In this document: in pieces, positions 35,401-37,082 of the stretch
Position numbering within the stretch: position 1 is the stretch's first letter
How the letters are laid out: every line of letters begins with the position of its first letter
Virus record (IMG/VR): IMGVR_UViG_3300044670_001591
Coordinates: 1-37,082 of that record
Strand: one strand, 5' to 3'
From: a virus
Lineage: Duplodnaviria > Caudoviricetes
Length of the DNA: 37,082 nucleotides
The notes under the pieces: generated by a model
Told to the model about the DNA's origin: nothing
Database searches by the model: none
Seen by the model: the letters and a program-made list of their open reading frames with translations, nothing else
Translations under genes and position numbers: made by a program

Positions 35401-35729
35401 TGTCCTGGCGAAAGCGAGGACACCCCCACCTTGGGGCGTGGTCTTCCGGACAGCTAAGTCGGCCTGTGGGCGGTCGTCCGGACTGAGGGCGCAAGGCGCC
35501 CGAGGTAACTTGTCCGACCGCAGGGAGGACCTGTAGGTCAGCGAGCGAAGCGAGTGACCGGGATTACAGGGGCGGTAACTTGTCCGACCGCAGGGAGGAC
35601 TTGTAGGCCAGCGAGCGAAGCGAGTGGCCGGGGCGACTAGGGGCCCCTAAGGGCCCTGGATGGGAGCGAAGCGACCTGTGACTACGGAGCGAGCGCAGCG
35701 AGCGGAGTTCCGGAGGGAGCGAAGCGACC
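35401..35729 (+). other. Cluster of GNA-triloop hairpins with tandem G.A mismatches (ssDNA signal or structured RNA)
   Basis: Seven stem-GA-NN-GNA-NN-GA-stem units, plus tgtcct..aggaca and gggcgc-aag-gcgccc hairpins. Confidence 0.7.
35504..35632 (+). repeat. 59-bp direct repeat x2 (70-bp period), 3 mismatches
   Basis: Copies at 35504-35562 and 35574-35632. Confidence 0.92.
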
Positions 35730-35758
35730 GGAGGCGATTTTTGCATTTTGGACGGTTA

Positions 35759-35900
35759 GGGGCCACACTATGGGGCCCAGTATTGCCCGGCCTACTATGG
35801 CCCCCCTGGGGCCATAGTTCCGCACATATTACCCGGCGCCACATATAACCGGGCACAATACCCGGCGGCCATAGTGAACACGGGCCACAATACCCCGGGC
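35759..35900. repeat. Periodic GC-block / ACA(A/C/T)TA-like repeat region with an 11-bp perfect inverted repeat
   Basis: cacactat, agtatt, tactat, catagt, cacatat x2, cacaatac x2 separated by GGCC/CCGG blocks; ACTATGGCCCC-cct-GGGGCCATAGT at 35794-35818. Confidence 0.65.
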
Positions 35901-36103
35901 CCGGCCCGACTTGGGGCGCCCGATGCACCGCGCACACCTTGACGCGTCAAGGGTGCCCGGAAGTTTTGACAACTGCGCATAACTGGCGGGGGACCTTGGA
36001 TATCGTGGGGGTCGTCTTCATCCCTCTCCCCGCTATAGGTTTTTTGTGGCATTGTGTCGGGGCCATTCAGGCAACCGGGCACCATGCCCATTGGATAGAA
36101 GAC

Positions 36104-36754
36104 ATGACCGATAGAGAACTTTACGCCCCTACCTTCGAACCTGACCGCCGGTCCGTGGTCCTCTGCCTCGGCCTTCTGACGCATGAGGGGCGCACACCGC
36201 GTCCCCTGTGGGGTGCTGCGGATCACATGCACGTGGTTGACGTGGTCTTCCGCGCGGCGCTTCGCGGCGTGGTCGGTGCCCAGCGTGACACGTTTGAGCG
36301 TCTCCCCTGGTACTCGCTGGCCTACGCTGCCGCCGACGATAACGCTGACGAGCAGGGCCAAGCCGAACCGGCGGCGGTTATTACCGTGGCCCTCGGCGGT
36401 GCTTACACGGCCTGGATGCTGCGTGAGGTGGCGGCCGTCCTGGCGGAAGTCTTCGACCAGCGCTCCGTGGCTGTCGTCGGGGCACAGACAAGCTTCGTCG
36501 ACCGTTGGGGACGTGACGAGGAAGCCCGGAACACAGTTATCGCGGTTGACGCGGGCGCTCGTGCCGGGGCTCTGGAGCTTGAGGCCCCGAGCTTCGACGG
36601 CTGGCCTTACGGCTGCGCAAAGAGCTTCGAACGAGCAGCGGACCGCGCGGCGGCGATGGTAGCGGACGGCCACGAGCCCGCCGAGGCTATCGCGGCCGTC
36701 TCCGATGCCATCGCTGTTGCACAAGTGCAGTTCGTGACGGGGGGTGGCCAGTGA
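36104..36754 (+). CDS. Putative early protein with SAM-lyase/DUF3574-like motif (216 aa)
   Basis: LCLGL strand, then E-PAAVITV, helix and FDQRSVAV. ATG 36104 is preferred over the track start at 35939. Confidence 0.5.
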   Translation: MTDRELYAPTFEPDRRSVVLCLGLLTHEGRTPRPLWGAADHMHVVDVVFRAALRGVVGAQRDTFERLPWYSLAYAAADDNADEQGQAEPAAVITVALGGAYTAWMLREVAAVLAEVFDQRSVAVVGAQTSFVDRWGRDEEARNTVIAVDAGARAGALELEAPSFDGWPYGCAKSFERAADRAAAMVADGHEPAEAIAAVSDAIAVAQVQFVTGGGQ

Positions 36755-36864
36755 GCCCCCGTCTTGAACTGCTGGCCGTGGTCGGGCTGGGTTCCGCTGC
36801 GCTGTACCTGCTGGCCTGGGTTGACGTCCTCGGGGCGGCTTGGGCCGCTGGGGCGCTGCCATGA
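36751..36864 (+). CDS. Small membrane peptide (37 aa; not in the ORF track)
   Basis: MSPRLELLAVVGLGSAALYLLAWVDVLGAAWAAGALP; GTGA and ATGA overlaps with both neighbours. Confidence 0.6.
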   Translation: MSPRLELLAVVGLGSAALYLLAWVDVLGAAWAAGALP

Positions 36865-37082
36865 CGGGCGCGGCGTTGATTGATGGTCAGTGGCGGCTGC
36901 TGCTCGATGGGGTTGCAACCCTGGAGGTTTACCCGTCGGAAGCGGCGGCGCTAGCTGCCCTGGTGGACGTGGAAGAGAGGGCCGCCGAACTTGCCCAGCT
37001 TGCCGGTATGGCCTTCGGTGTCGCCGGCTACAATGACGCGCGCGGCTGGGGTGATGACAACCCCGGACCGTGTGGCCAGCAT
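36861..37082 (+). CDS. Hypothetical protein, 3' truncated by the window
   Basis: ATGA coupling; open frame MTGAALIDGQWRLLLDG... to the window edge. Confidence 0.6.
   Translation, partial: MTGAALIDGQWRLLLDGVATLEVYPSEAAALAALVDVEERAAELAQLAGMAFGVAGYNDARGWGDDNPGPCGQH

Larger units (their letters stand above)
1..37082. mobile_element. Tailed dsDNA phage genome segment, podovirus-like morphogenesis module plus origin/terminus region
   Basis: Canonical order TerL-portal-scaffold-MCP-cement-adaptor-nozzle-internal proteins-fibres with tightly packed or overlapping genes. No host housekeeping genes or integrase seen. Confidence 0.93.

Noticed and set aside
35504-35632. Possible mini-CRISPR array
   Set aside because: Only two 59-bp copies with an 11-bp spacer, which is the wrong geometry, and no cas genes.
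35330-36100. tRNA genes in the non-coding region
   Set aside because: No cloverleaf with a T-loop GTTCRA and acceptor stem found by eye.
35795-36862. 355-aa minus-strand ORF
   Set aside because: Antisense to three coupled plus-strand genes and runs into the repeat region; composition not protein-like.

Overview
The whole window reads as part of a GC-rich tailed dsDNA bacteriophage (Caudoviricetes) genome with podovirus-like architecture: no tape-measure, sheath or tube genes are recognisable, but there is an adaptor, a nozzle and large internal virion proteins. A minus-strand morphogenesis cluster spans 34296 to 1548: unknown protein, possible TerS, TerL, portal, Zn-ribbon, scaffold, major capsid, capsid cement, adaptor, HTH protein, nozzle, three similar tail proteins, internal/ejection proteins, fibres/spikes and membrane proteins. 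It converges at about 1550 with plus-strand genes (metallophosphoesterase, FmdB Zn-ribbon missed by the ORF track, conserved phage protein). The most interesting signals are non-coding. (i) A promoter motif, TTG/GTG/TCG-containing -35, 15 bp, then GTTA, mostly lacking the -7 T, recurs upstream of 11 genes. (ii) A dyad-symmetric TGTWACA iteron array around an AT-rich core (34362-34734) looks like a replication origin. (iii) A strand-specific array of seven GA-NN-GNA-NN-GA hairpins with compensatory base changes lies at 35512-35729. (iv) A periodic GC/AT repeat block (35759-35900) precedes a putative early operon whose first gene resembles the SAM-lyase/DUF3574 fold. All protein calls come from motifs recognised by eye and from gene order; no database searches were run.
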